64,000 nt of DNA from Camelus ferus (Eukaryota), in NCBI RefSeq assembly GCF_009834535.1, contig NC_045697.1, positions 63,800,001-63,864,000 of the forward strand. Direction: 5' to 3'. The notes under the pieces were generated by a model that was given only the letters and a program-made list of their open reading frames with translations, did not search any database and was not told the origin of the DNA. Shown here piece by piece: positions 28,701 through 42,477 of the stretch. A program made the position numbers and the translations under genes. Numbering within the stretch: position 1 is the stretch's first letter; each line of letters starts with the position of its first letter.

Positions 28701-31642
28701 AAGGCTACTGCATTGTGCTATGAAAACCTCATGACTCCTCTCCACTGCGGAATATAATTGCAAAATAAACTATAATTACAAAATCATCTGGTTAACTACC
28801 TCAGAACCCTCCCCTATTAACTGTATTCTCCTGAGGTTTCCCTTTTTCTAGATTCCGGTTGAACAGTTATTGAAATCCTTCTTATTCAGATATGAGCATG
28901 TAGTTGATTACTTTTTTATCTTACCTAGGTTAGGTTTTGATGAAATTAATAATGTGAATCATTCTTTCGGCCATGGTTTAAGAGGCAGTCATTTCTCCAA
29001 GAGCCTGGCTTCTCAGATTCAATTCACTAGGGAACTTGTTCCAGATTTGGTTGTTCTCATGAGGGAACTAGAGACAACATTCTGAGAAGTACTGCCCTAA
29101 GGAATTCTGTAGATAATTAATCTCATCCACAGTATGTGATTTTACAACTTGAAGTCTGAGACTTGTCAACATTACTCTGAAGGCTGTCATGCTAGTAATT
29201 TTTTTTTAATGACATTTACTCATGGATAAGACTGGCTGAAATGAAACCAGAACTTCAGAGTTTAAACAAGTTACATGATTGCTTTTGTCTCTAGAGAAGT
29301 AAAAATCCCAAGTCAATTAAATATCACTTCTCTTACTATGAACATAGGATAGTATTTAGTCCTCAGCCTGGAACTGCATTAATATCATTAAATCAGCTTT
29401 ATAATTTGGGAACTAATCTTATAAACCATTGAGTTCAAAATGTGTCTGTTATAGGAGAATAAACTGGTTCACGATGAACCCATAGTGATACAGTTAAGAG
29501 ACCTGAGTTTAAATCCAAATCTTATGCTGTTTAACTTGGTCATTGTTCAACTGTGGTACTTTAAGGAGCCAGAGAGGAAAATGTATAAAATGCCAAAATT
29601 CTGCCAAAGATGACTGTAGTTTTAAACTGATGCAACATCACAACTTTTGCATTGACCCATTTTCTAAGAGAATTTCAGCATGCATGGACAATCCTAGATG
29701 TATTTATAAGTCCAATTTTTAGTAAACATGTCCATAGAAACAATTATAATCCATTATCACTCGAGATGAAGAAGTTTATAAAGATAAACAGATGGTAAAA
29801 TGATTTACAGAGACTAAACGTCGTTACATATTAGAATGAGTCATTTGAGTTTTATAAAAATAAATGTATTCAGTGCAACCCTGGAGAAATTTATCCAAAA
29901 TAATTCATTTTCATACTTGTGTCTATGATTTTTAGTGCATTAATTAAAATACTTAGTGAGTGTTAGCAAAATATTATACTGTATGCCTTGGAAATAGGTA
30001 TGCTTTGAGCTTGAAGAAATGAGATAGTATATTTTAAATTTTATTCCTACCTAACAAGTGATGGCTCCTCAATACATATTTATTTAATCAGTACGTATGT
30101 AAAGTTGTAGGACACACTCCCTAGTTTTTGTGAGTTTATTCTATAAATTATAAGGAGAGAGAGCACATACAGATATGTAAATTTAGAAGTCAATATATAA
30201 TACTTTTTACTTAAGAAATATAATAGTTGATATAGAAGTTCAAAGAGTAATAGAAGACTTCCAGTTGGCCAGCAATTTGAAGGATTTTGAGAAAGCAGTA
30301 AGTATAAGCTAAATTGACATACAGGTTTTATTTAAATAAAGGAGTAAACAATCCAGTTAGTTGGTTTAAACTTTGCAATGTCACCAATTAAGCAAGACCA
30401 GACACATTAGGTTTTGTAGGACTTGGAATTCTAGGTTAAGGATTTTTAACTTTATTCTTGAATATTTTTATTTGGACTTAGACTATTGAGTCATGTAAAA
30501 TTATAACTGAATCATTTTAAATTGAAGATTTTTACTTTCTTTGTAGGTTACAAGTCCATCATATTTAGCATAAAACTAATTGTTTTATCATAACAAAAAT
30601 CAATGAATATCATGTGTCCTTTCTTTCCTGATTATTTTTATACCTGTCAAGAATTGACAGGTATAAAACCTGTAAACTCTGTATTTTGATACAAATTAGA
30701 ATTCTTTTTTTCATGCTTTAAGAAAAGATATTTTGACATCTATTGTAATGAGTGAAAGAAATATTACTGATTTCTTTGCATTTAATTTCTGAAAACCAGC
30801 AAACTTGAGAAGGTATTACCAAATATAAAATTTATCTTGATATAACTTGTCATACAGATAAACTTGGTTTTCTTTCTATTCCTCTACTTACCCAACCCCA
30901 GAAAAAGAGACAGCTTAAAAAGAATTAATTAAGTGTTAAGATTCAAAGGAAAGACCTGTCATCCAGTAAGAAACTTGCTCATAATGTATTTCCTATATTA
31001 GACAAAAAAAGGCCTGATTTGTTTTTAATTTCTCTGTCAAAATTATTTCATCCTTGTAAATCTATGTGGTATATAGTGCATCTCACTGATACCTACTTTT
31101 TTTAATTTCACTTTAACTCATTTCTTGTTGTCCTTATTGGGGCTTTGGAAAGTAGGGGCTAAGGTAGAGCAAACTGATTTATTTAATGAAGATACTTGAA
31201 GGTTCAGGGGAAACTCAATAAGGCAATGCCAAGTCATGTTTTGGAGTGTAAGGGAAGAGAATTGCCATTGAATTACATGAAAGAAATTGACAGAACTGAA
31301 AAGAAGGGAGCGGAGGAGGGAAAGAAGGCATGGAGGGAAGAGAGAGAGAAGAGGCAGGCGGAGACTGAGAGGGAAGGGAATCTTTAGTTCACTATGAAGT
31401 GTGCAATATGAATGATCTCTTTCGTCTCTCCTGTGGAACCTTTAGTAAATTCTGCCATGCTGATCAGTGCTTGTATATGAGTAAATTTATTTGGAAACAC
31501 TAAAAGCACTCAAAGAAGGGCCAACTAACATTTGAGTTAATATTCATGCACTCAAAAATACCTCTTGAATGTGTATGATGTGTCAAGCTATCTCTGGGAA
31601 GAGAGAGGCAATTAAAATGGTCACAATGCTTCTTTCACACAG

Positions 31643-32176
31643 TGTGGTAGACAGGATTCAAAGACGAGCTCAATGACCCAAGCCCTTCTACCATCCCCTC
31701 CTCTTATGTGTGGACGGGACCATGAATATGAGGGGATATCACTCATATGATGGGGGTATTTATCAGCGACTTCGAGATAATCTCAAGGAAGTTTATTCTG
31801 AGTGGGCCTGACCAGTAGAAGAAACCCCTTTTAAGGCCCTTCCTAAGAGATTAAAAGCATGAGAAGGTCTATGGAGGGGGCCACATAGCAAGAACCTGAG
31901 ATTGGCTTCTAGGAGCAGAGTTGTCCTCAAACAGATAGCAAATACATGGGGGCTTCAGTTTTATGGCTGCAAGGAAATGCAGTTTTCAAAAAAAAAACAG
32001 AGGAAGCTTAGAAATCTACAGATGCAGATGCAACCAGCTGACACCTTGCCTTCAGCCTTGTGAGACTGAGCAGAGAGTTCAGATTCCTGACTTGGAAATT
32101 GTGAGATAAGAACTTTTTGTTTTTTAACCTGCTAAAATTGTGGTGATTTGTTACACAGAAATAGAAATCTAATGCA
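31643..32176 (+). mobile_element. MLT1 (ERVL-MaLR) solo LTR
   Basis: Starts tgtggtagacag; gctgacaccttgccttcagccttgtgagac; ends tgtggtgatttgttacacagaaatagaaatctaatgca. Confidence 0.85.
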
Positions 32177-32351
32177 TGCTCTTGCTTCCTTTTATTTGTC
32201 TTTCTATTACTCTGTGTTATTATTATAATTTTAATTTACAATCATTAAATGAGAGAATCCAGTAATCATACTGTCCTGAATATGTATCAATGGGCCCCTC
32301 TAGCCATGCTGTTTCAAATTCTGGTGCCCTGGTTAGGCTGATGAGGTGGAT

Positions 32352-32585
32352 AGTTAGCATTTCCTGAATACTATGCATGTTAGATACTGTATTAAGCATC
32401 TTCCATGATTGACTCATCTAATCATCACAGACATTATAATTAGCTCCACCCTATGGATGAGGTAACTGAGGTACAAAGAAGTTAAGTAATATGCCCAAGG
32501 TCACACAGCTCGTGAATAGGAAAATTGGGGTTTGAAAATCCAGACAGTCTGGTTTTAAAGTGTAAGTTTAACCATACTGCCTCTC
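32352..32585 (-). mobile_element. MIR SINE
   Basis: gatgaggtaactgaggtacaaagaagttaagtaatatgcccaaggtcacacagct. Confidence 0.85.
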
Positions 32586-33539
32586 CTAATGCACCTTTAG
32601 AGAATACCTGAACAAGTTCTAGCCACATTTAGATGTGTCATATTGTGAAGACAGAAGCTTCTTAAGTTCTCTGGTAAGTTGCAGACATTGCCCTGTGAGG
32701 AATCTTCTTGCTACTTATGAAATATTTCATAAGTGTCATATTGATAAATAATTCTGAGAAGCTGTACCTACACCAAAAATGACAGCTCTCAGAAGAGTTT
32801 CAGAGATGCAGGTGAAAAGCATTGCTTCTGAAAATTTGTTTATAAATGAGTAGTAGTGTTTAAAATAACAAAAGCTTAAATTCTGAATGGCCATTTTCTA
32901 ACATGCCATATGAAAAGAAATTCTTCCTTCCAACTAGAAGAAAATTATTAAACATTCAGGTAATGGCATTTTACAAGATTTTCAATATTGGGAATTTTGT
33001 CATAAGTATAATCTAATATTAATACATAACACGATTCATTGTAGTTTCTATTTGAGAACTTCTAATCTGTCATTATGAGATATTATTATCTGTCTTGTTC
33101 CCATGGTTTTCTGTGCTAAAGCATTTCACTGACTGTAAATTAATGAGCATAACAAAAAAAAATCTATTTGTAAGGGAAGTCAAGACACATACAGAATAAT
33201 TTTTATTAATAATATCCTCATGAAAGCATATCAGTGTGATTATAGTAAAGCTGTGTGGCCTTGTCACTGAATTAGAAAATATTTTGAGGGTATTCATTTT
33301 TCTCTTGGGTAATGGTTACTGCAACACACCCATTTTAGAACGGTAATATATTGTTAAATCTCTATTAATGGAATACCTTTTCTATACTTTTGGTATAATT
33401 ACTATCTTAACACTACATATTTCCTCATTCTCTTTAATTTAATCTTCATAATATGCCTCCACATTTTTCTTTTAAAATTTTATTTATACATCCATGCTCC
33501 TTTTACACTTTAAAATGAGATGGGAATTAACTCAAGTCT

Positions 33540-34080
33540 TATACAAAAATTTATCAAAGTTCTAGAACATGTTAGGTATGGTGCTAGGAAGTAGATACAT
33601 TATAATAAAAAAAAGCATTACCCATAGTATAATGGAGATTTTAGTCTAGAAGTAAACTCCCTGCAAATTTGTATGTTTCTGTGTATATTTAATACACATA
33701 CACACGCACACAAACTATGCGTATATGTGTGCATGCAATTATATATCTTGATAAGTGATGTAAAGGGAAAAATCAGTTTGATGAAGAATATTAACAGAGG
33801 GGAAAGTACGTTAAACTAGTGGGTAATTAATGTAGATCTCCAAGCAGAGGTAAAATTTAAAATGGAATAGGCATCTGAAAAACAGGGAAATTTGAAACTG
33901 AAGAAATGGAATGTATCAAGATGCTGAGGTGAGAAATTCGGCATTTAGAATGGTGGCTAATCAGTTCGAAGGTTATTAGTAAGTAGGTCAGAGAATACCA
34001 GGAAATTGGAGAGGTAAGCAAATCCCATTCATTGAGAACTCATTGTACCTGTTAGAGAATTTAGAGTTTTAGAGATTGTC
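33540..34080 (-). mobile_element. Degenerate L2 fragment
   Basis: caaaaatttatcaa...ggtatggtgctagga...gataagtgatgtaaaggga pattern. Confidence 0.45.
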
Positions 34081-34189
34081 TTTTCAGTATTGAGGAAGAA
34101 CAAATACTAAAATTAGTTCAAGTTAGTCTTCTTCCAGCCATTGTTTGCCTTCATCTGGGTTTACTTTAAAAATTCAGGGTTATAGTCTT

Positions 34190-36118
34190 CTAACCAGATC
34201 TTACACCTTTCACAAAAATTAACTTGAAATGGATCATACATCTAAGTGTGACATAAGGAACTTGAAAACTTCTAGAAGGAAACAAGAAAATTTACATGAT
34301 TTTAGGTTTAGTGATGTCGTTTTTTTAACTTGAGGTATGATTGACATACAATACTATGTTGGTTTCAGGTGTACAACATAGTGGTTTGACATTTGTATAC
34401 ATTGTGAAATGGTTACCACAGTAAGTCTAGATACCATCTGTCACCTTACAAAGTTAATATTATTTACTATATTTCCCATACTGTATGTTACATTCCCAGG
34501 ACTTATTTATTTTATAACTAGAATTGTGTACTTAATCCCCTCACCTAATTTTCTACACACCCCTAATCCTTGTCCCCTATCTGCCAACCGCCAATCTGTT
34601 CTCTTATTTTTAGTCTGGATTTTGTTTTGATTTGTTTGTTTTGCTTTTTAGATTCTACTTGTAAGTGAAATCATGTGGTATATTTCTTTCTCTGTCTGAC
34701 TTACTTCACTTGGCATAATATCCTCTGGGTCCATCCAGGTTCTCAAAAAAGGCAAGATTTTTTTTTTTTTTTTTTTTGTGGCTGAGTAGTGTTCAATTGT
34801 GTGTGTATCTTTTTTATCTATTAATCCATCAGTAGACACTTAGGATAGTTCCATATCTTGGCTATTGTAGATAATGCTGCAGTGAACATAGGGGTGCATA
34901 TATCTTTTCAAAATTAGTGTTTTTTTTTTAATTTGGAAAAATACCTAGAAGTTGAAATACTGAATTGTATGATAGTTCTATTTTTAACTTTTGAAGAATG
35001 TTTATACTATTTTTCATAGTGACTATATTAATTTACATTTCCACCAACAATGCATGAAGATTCTCTTTTCTCCATATCCTTGCTAATACTTGTTAATCAT
35101 TATCTGTTTTGTTAATAGCCATTCTGACTGATGTGAGGTGACATCTCATTATGGTTTTGATTTGCATTTCCCTGATATTTAATGATGTCAAGCATCTTTT
35201 CATGTGTCTGTTGGCCATCTGTACGCCTTCTTTGGAAAAATGTTCAGGCCTTCACATTTTATAATCAAGTTTTTTTTTTATTTGATGTTGTGTTTTAAGA
35301 GTTCTTTGAATATTTTGGATATTAACCACTTATCAGATATGTCATTTGCAAATATATTTTCCCATTCAGTAGGCGGCCTTTTGGTTTTGTTGCTAGTTTC
35401 CATGCTGTGAAAAAGAGTTTTAGTTTGTTTATTTTTGCTTTTGTTTGCCTTGCCTTTGCAGTCAGATCTAAAACAGCATTGCTAAGATTGATGCCAAGGA
35501 ACTTACTTGCTTATGTTTTCTCTGAGGAGTTTTATGGCTTCAGGTCTTACATACTAGTGTTTTAATTCATTTTGAGTTAATTTTTGAATATGGTGTCAGA
35601 GATCCAATTATTAGTGTATTCTTCAGCTCTGTGACTTCTATTTGGTTCTTTCTTATGTTTTCTCTTTGTTGAAGTTCTCACTGTGTACTTTTACTCTTTG
35701 TTGTGGAGAGCATTCATCTAGTTTTCAGATATTTTTCAGAGGGACATGATCCACATGTAGCTGTAGACTTGTATTCATGTGAGAATGTGAGTTCAGAGTC
35801 TTCTTCAGTCTCCCATCTTCTTCAGTCTCCACTCATCTCCTTGTGATGAGTTTTAGTAACATGTGGTTCATGAAAGAACTAAATGGATATGTTAACTTTC
35901 TTAAAATTAAAACATCTTCTCTGCAAAGAACACTTTTAAACTAAAAAGACAAGCCGCAAACTGGAAGAAAATACTTGCAAGTACCTACCTGAAAAAACAT
36001 TCATATCCAAAGTATAGCAAACACTCTTAAAACTCAATAATAAGGACACAAACAACCCAGCTGAAAATTTCCTGTAAATCCAAAACTGTTCTAAAATAAA
36101 ACATATATTTAAAAAATT
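34190..36118 (+). mobile_element. Old L1 ORF2 fragment, host of the nested minus-strand L1
   Basis: cttacacctttcacaaaaattaacttgaaatggatcat...aaacttctagaagga continues after 35843 with aaaattaaaacatcttctctgc...aaaagacaagcc...aaactcaataataagg; ends with an L1-type terminus ctgtaaatccaaaactgttctaaaataaa. Confidence 0.8.
34320..35842 (-). mobile_element. Nested L1 retaining 5' terminus, short ORF1 piece and ORF2 3' end/3' UTR (doubly internally deleted)
   Basis: ORF2/3' UTR at 34321-~35603 (ORF 34648..34839 ...TWMDPEDIMPSEVSQTEKEIYHMISL); ORF1-like piece ~35610-35690; L1 5'-end-like piece ~35695-35820 ending in CCATCTT; degenerate TSD GTGATG(TC/A)GTTTT at 34311 and 35843. Confidence 0.8.
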
Positions 36119-38049
36119 AATGGTTGTAATTTCACTTTTTTCCCCAAAATTTGAAGATTTGAGTTGGTTGACATTTTTAAGCTATTTCTGTGATTTTAGG
36201 TGTCACATGTTTTAAAAAATGTTGACAGTCCTGTTTTTGTAGCCAGGGGAAAGAAAATGTCTTTCTTTCTCTTTTCTCAGTAATTTAAAACTTTTCTCGT
36301 TGATGGAGGTTTTGGCAGTTGTGTCTACAAAAGAAAATATCAAAGAGAAACTGTTAAAGCACAAAAGTTGGTAGAACCCCAGAGCTCCAAGATTCATTTT
36401 CTGTGAGCAATTCTAGAAGGTTGGCTTTTTAGGCCATGTCCCTTCAATATTGTCTTGCTTTCTGTCTCTAAAGGTGTTTCAGATTTATTTTAACCTTATA
36501 CTTAACATGGTGGTCGTAGTAATGAGCAGATCAGTCAGAATATTCTAGGTTTTTTGTTCCAGGCTTTTACTTAGGTTGTTTCTTCAGACTTTAGTCTGGA
36601 ATTCTCTCCTTTCCTTTCCTCACAAATCAATTTTCATCTTTGCCAGGAAGTCTTTTCTGGGTCCTGAGATTTGAATCATGGCTACTTTTGTTGTCTTGGT
36701 AGTTTCCCTATAATCAACATTCATTAAGTAAGCGAGGATGTATTGAGCTTCTCCTGGGTATCAGATACTTGATGTGTTGGGCACATCAGCTAGCTAGAAC
36801 TGTCAGCAACTTGAGGGCTGAGAACATCTCCCATTCATCTTAAGCCTCAGGACTTGGCAAAGTTCTTGGCATATAGTATGTGTTTTAGGGAGGGTGAGAG
36901 AGCAGAAGGGTGTGGAGTTTATGGTTCTGTGTGAAGAACAGGTCTCTCAGATGCAAGATTTTCAAAACCAGAACTTCTTTCATGGGTTTACTCATTTCCA
37001 TGACTCCATGACACATAAATTTCTCTCAGGTTATGATTTTCCTTAAACTCATTGTCATTAACAATGCCCTATTTCTGCTCCCAAAGGCCCTTGAGATGAA
37101 TTTGCCCTATGATAGAAAAATGAAATGGTTGCCAAAATGCTTTCACATATATATGAGAATTGATCTCAGATTCCTCCCATCATTTATTTGGATGACTTGA
37201 GGAAAAAAGAAAGGAAATTCTTCCCACTTTTTATTAAGTAGGTTGGATTTTTGTTTCCTAATGGTAGTTTTCAACAGATACCACTCTGTTTCATTGTATG
37301 GAGCACTTCTATTAGTGAGTGTGTGTTTTTGTGTGTGTGTGGTGTGTTCTGTGTTTATTGCTATATACTCAGCAGAATTGAAGCAGAGTTATGAAATAAA
37401 ATTAAAATGTAGGCAAAATGTTATTTCATTAATATTTCCTGTTTAATTCTTCAAATATTATAATTGTGTATATGTGTGTGAGTGGAAAAATGACTAGGCA
37501 AGTGATACTATTTCATTCATTTAAATTCTCCACAATTCAGAAGTGTGTTTTAGACATGCATACAAATTTAAAAACCTTTCTTGATATTTTGTAGTTTGAT
37601 TTTTGGTTACTTCCAAAATATGGCAGTCTACACATTGCTCACATCCTAGATATGTAAATGATATATATTTTTTTCTTATTCAGTCCTCAATGTATCTTCT
37701 AAAGTAATAAAATTAAGCTTGAAGAAGTGGTATATCGTTAAGTAATTAAGTAATTACCCAGTATGTCCTGTACATATACATTTGTGGGTTGTTCTCACAT
37801 AAATGTTTAGTAATATTTGAAATTACGGATTGTTCTATTATTTAATTCAAGCATGTTTATACATCAGAGTTTCTCAATTACCTGTGTTTATTTCATTTAA
37901 TCAAAATAATAGAACATTATACATATATTCATACATACAATATAATATTCAAACATGAAGGCCGTAATTTCCATTGTAATTTATGAAAGTTTTTAATATA
38001 GTGGGTATTGTCTCTCAACATTTCCTATCAGTTCACATCTTCCTTATGA

Positions 38050-38790
38050 TTTGTTTTCCTATCAATGACAACAAAATTTTTCAAAAGTCACCAAGGTCCC
38101 AACTTCAAAATTATCTTTGACCTCATCTTTTCTTTGCCATCAAATCAAGCCAGTCACAGAATCTTATCAATTCTATCTTCTAAATTTACATACATACTCC
38201 CTTTCCTACTGCCACTCCTGAATAAACATACAATTTGTTTGAACTTTCCTGCAGCCTCATCTTCTCTTTCCTTCTATGCATATATTACACTTCAGCCAGA
38301 TAACATTCTCTTCCCCAAATGGTCCCCTTGTTTCTTAACATCCTGCCTTTGTTTATGCCAAACCATCTCCTTGTGATTTATTTTTCTTACCATATATTGC
38401 ACAAATCCTACTTATCCTTCAAGATTTTGCTTAAATTACATTTAATTTAAAAAAATGGAACTTTGCTTTATAAGAACAACTATAATTAGCCATTCTTAGT
38501 CTGCCGTTATCCTTCATTTAAATAAGGTTTTCTCTAAACGATACCTGCAGGGACCATTTCTTCATTTCATGGAGTTCTCTTCTCTTTCCCAACTATCCTA
38601 CTTAAGAGGTGAACACATCATTTCTTTACACATTGTAGATTTGATGATTTTTACTGTCTTTCTCCTGTCACTAGAATCCACGGTAAGATCCAGGAGCACA
38701 AAGACTTTCTTCTGTTCACTGCTGAATCCCCAGTCTTCCCAAACTGTGTCTGTCATAGAGTACCTCAGAAAGTGTGTGCTCAATTAAGAA
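38050..38790 (+). mobile_element. L2 fragments
   Basis: aaatcctacttatccttcaag; tctgttcactgctgaatccccag...tgtcatagagtacc...gctcaat. Confidence 0.55.
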
Positions 38791-39459
38791 ATGTCCAGTC
38801 AGAAGTAATCTCCTCTCTTATACCTTCTTACAATACTTAATGTATCCTAGCTATATTGTCATTTTTGCCATTTTGTTAGTTTTGTTTATATTCTTGTACT
38901 AGCTTTAAAGAGGAGATTTTCATAATTTATTCTACACTTATCCTAGTACATTACATGTAACAGGTTGACAGTAAGAATTTTTAATATGTGTTGCCTTAAT
39001 GAGCTACTCTCATGTAACAACAGTGATTAATAAATAGATAATATGGTTTTAGTATCAAAAAGTCCAAATTTTCTGTGGAATCCTTAGTAAGTATAAGAGT
39101 AGGTGAGTACTTTTTTTAAGAACTTTTTAAAAAATACCATGGTTTACTTTCTTGAATTTTCTGCATTGCCTTTAAAATGTTACAGGTCAGTTGTTCCAAA
39201 AATACGTAAAAATGTATTCCTATTTTCTAATAACTTCATTATTGTATTGTAATAGCGTATTATAGAATCTTTAGGACCTCGTAAGTGGTACAAAATAATA
39301 TTTTAATTCCTATTAACCTTGTTATAAAACTATATTTGCCTTTATGGGTTTTTTTTTTTAAAAACTTTAAGACAGAAAGATAAAATAGGCAGAATATCAA
39401 TGTGTATACTAATAAGGCTTCTAGAATATTAATAATCATATTAATAAGGACTTTAGAAG

Positions 39460-39700
39460 TACCCTGGCACACAGAAGTTAAGCCCACACCTTCTGGAACC
39501 AGATGTCTGCATTTGTTGCCTTACTCTCCCATTCACTTTTCTGACTCAGTTTCTTCATATGAAAAAATAAATACAATAAAAATAATTAACTCAAAACCCT
39601 TTTATAACCATAGAATTTGTTAGTCTATGTAAAGAACTTAAAACAGTGTCTTACCTGGTGGACCTATATAAGTGCCAGCTAATTTTATTATCATTATTAG
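39460..39700 (+). mobile_element. MIR SINE
   Basis: tctggaaccaga...tctgactcagtttcttcatatgaaaa...tatgtaaagaacttaaaacagtg. Confidence 0.65.
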
Positions 39701-40824
39701 GGGAATGTCACAGTTGATCATGATTTTTCAGAAGTTCAGGTGTCAATGATCAGCCTGTAGAATGAAAAGCTTTTAGCACTCCCAGAGCAGATCCATCACT
39801 CATAGGCAGACTCACATGAAAATGAGTCCCTGCACTTGATGTATAAATTCAGGATTCTAATTTACCCATGCACAATAAGAATGCTAACAGTACTAGGGGA
39901 GCAGATAAATTATTCAACCTTGTTTCCACGTGGGTGGCACAAAGGAAGCCAAATTGTAATCAAAATGGCTTAGTGAGCATGTTAATTAAAGAAGGATTTG
40001 TTGTTTGATTTTGATATTAAGTGACATTATGCTAAAAATAAGCCTGTGGGGCAGTATTCTTGTAACTGAACATCCTCTTCCTGGGAGGAGATCATGTTTT
40101 CCCCCATGCTATGCTTCCTGGACTAAACAAACTCTGTTCTGGATGACATATTTTTTTGTCAGGTATATTAATTGTGATATACTACTAAAAACTGAGAAAT
40201 ATTTTCTGTCACTTTAAGGAGACTTGTCAATATTTCAGGCTATCTATACATTTTAAGAGAGAAATCTTGTTTTACTGTAAATTATTATGTTTGTAAAAGC
40301 ATCCCTGTAGTCCCCAAATACTGTTACCATTTACTATGGATAAAGTGATGAATACAATTGTTATTAAAAATACAACAGAAAAGAATATTGTAATGTTATA
40401 GAAAACAATTAACTTCTTCTTAGCTTTTATTTTATCCTAATAAATTCTGACATGTCCCAAAGTAGTTCACTGTCGCAGAGTAGGTAACAGAAGTCACAAC
40501 CAAGTATTTGTTTCATTTTTTTCAGAGAAAATTCATGTAGTAATTAATCCTAAACCCTTTGAACATCAAGCTGAGCTCAACATGAAATATGTATTTTAGT
40601 ATTCATGGTTCAACTTGCCTACTCTGTTTGTATTATGTGATTTCAAAAAGGTTTGAATACACACTGACATGCACACACATGCGCACACACACATTTCTGC
40701 AAATCTAAAGCCATATCCTAATGTAAAGCAGGCAGGTGAGCATATTTATTCCAAAATGGTTAAATGATCTCTTAAAATCAAACAAACAAACCAAAAATTT
40801 TGAAATATAAAGATACAAAAAATA

Positions 40825-40945
40825 AAAACTTCCTCTAGAGATCTGTTATAAAACATTGTACCTGTGGTCAACAACAGTGTCTTGTATACTTAAACATTTT
40901 TTAAATAGATCTTGTTTTAAGTGTTTTTCCCACAATAAATTAAAA
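40825..40945 (+). mobile_element. Short L1MA-type 3' terminal fragment
   Basis: ctagagatctgttataaaacattgtacctgtggtcaacaac...tagatctt...ttaagtgtt...cacaataaa. Confidence 0.7.
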
Positions 40946-41720
40946 TTTGGAATAATGAAAAAGACTAACGACACATAAAAAAAAAACCTTTTTGTTCTGT
41001 AACCTCATAGTGTGCTTAAATTTAGATTTGGATATTTGTGAAGAAAACATTCAACTTGTTTTGAATAGAATGATTCCCTTTAGTGTTAAATACCCACTGT
41101 AGACATGCAAATGTTTCTTCTATATGAGCTGCAAATGGACCAAGAGACCACAAGTAAAATATTTAGTGCTAACTTTAAGGTGGAAATATGTCTTCCTTAT
41201 TGAGCTATAACTTTACTCTGAGAAATATTTCTGGAAAGAAAAGATTTATTTTAATATTTCTGCATTTAACTGGAAGCTGTTCACAATGAATGATTTTGCT
41301 TTAGTGAGGCATCATTTTCCAAAAGAAAAATAAGAAAGAAACAGGTGAGGCTATCAGTGAAAAGTGAGACGTGATACCCACTATATTAAACTATATAATT
41401 GTCTATTATCACTCTGTTTTATACTGGACAAATGCTATAATTGTTTAATGAATTTTACTACTTCAGTTGTCGGTAATTCAGAATTTGTGATCATTTGGAG
41501 TCAGTTGAGTGGAAAGAAATTCTCTCACAATGTGAGAGACAAAGGTTGACCATACACAGAATTATAATGCACTAAAATCTACTTAAGATAACCCTTTTAA
41601 AAACTTTGAATAGCTAATATTTTATGCACAATAAGATGCAATAAAATGTAATATAAAACAATTTTTGTCAGCAGTATTTTCAGAAAGTATTTTTGGGACA
41701 TAACATCCTCTCCCTGGAAG

Positions 41721-42366
41721 TGTTGCTGGTGGTGACTCGCAACACTTTTCTTGTGGCAGAAAGAATTCAGAGACAAGACATGGAGGCTAAGAAAGTAAAG
41801 TAGGGATTTATCAAGGGATGGATAGTACACTCAAGTGGAGAGCAAACAGGCTCAGGTGAGCAGCTTCCCTGAGTGTTTTTGTTTTTGTACGTTGATTACA
41901 TGTAGTGTAAAAATGAACAGGTGGAATAGTTATTGGGAGAAGGAGGTGTTGGGGATTCTATTCCCTAATTTTCATCCCAACTCCACCTTCCTGAAGGGAG
42001 GAGGGAGTTTTGTCCTTAGTCTGGATTAGAAGTGTCATGGTGTTGGTGCATGATCAGTACTTCTAATCTGCAAGGCTAATTTTATTGAAATGAGGGCATA
42101 ATGAGCAAAAGTTACATTCAGACACGAGATTTCTGCCTTTTTCTACCTTTCTTTTTTGGCCTCCAGGCCACTTGTCACCTCAAAATGTGTGACAACTTAT
42201 CAGCCCAGAGATTGCTGCTTTTCTTTCTCTGCCCAGGGACCCCTGGTGCTTTCATTGCGTAGAGTTTCCTGCATTGGGCCCCGTGCGTCTCCTTTCTGCC
42301 CATTTCCTGCCATTTTGGCCTACATTCCCTTCTCTGCTTATATCTAGCTATTTGCCTGCTCTAAGA
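41721..42366 (-). mobile_element. ERV1-like solo LTR, copy A
   Basis: Termini tgttgct...gctctaa(g)a; 4-bp TSD GAAG at 41717-41720 and 42367-42370; colinear with 54074-54718. Confidence 0.88.
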
Positions 42367-42477
42367 GAAGGATTTCATCTCTTTCACAATGATATGCTTC
42401 CTGGGTTAAGCAAACTCCTTTCTGCCTAACACATGAAAATATATTACAGATAAGTTGAGTTAATAACAATATTTAAT

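Noticed and set aside
31295..31382. Purine-rich tract encoding a charged ORF (EEGKKAWREEREKR)
   Set aside because: GA-rich low-complexity DNA with no splice or homology support.
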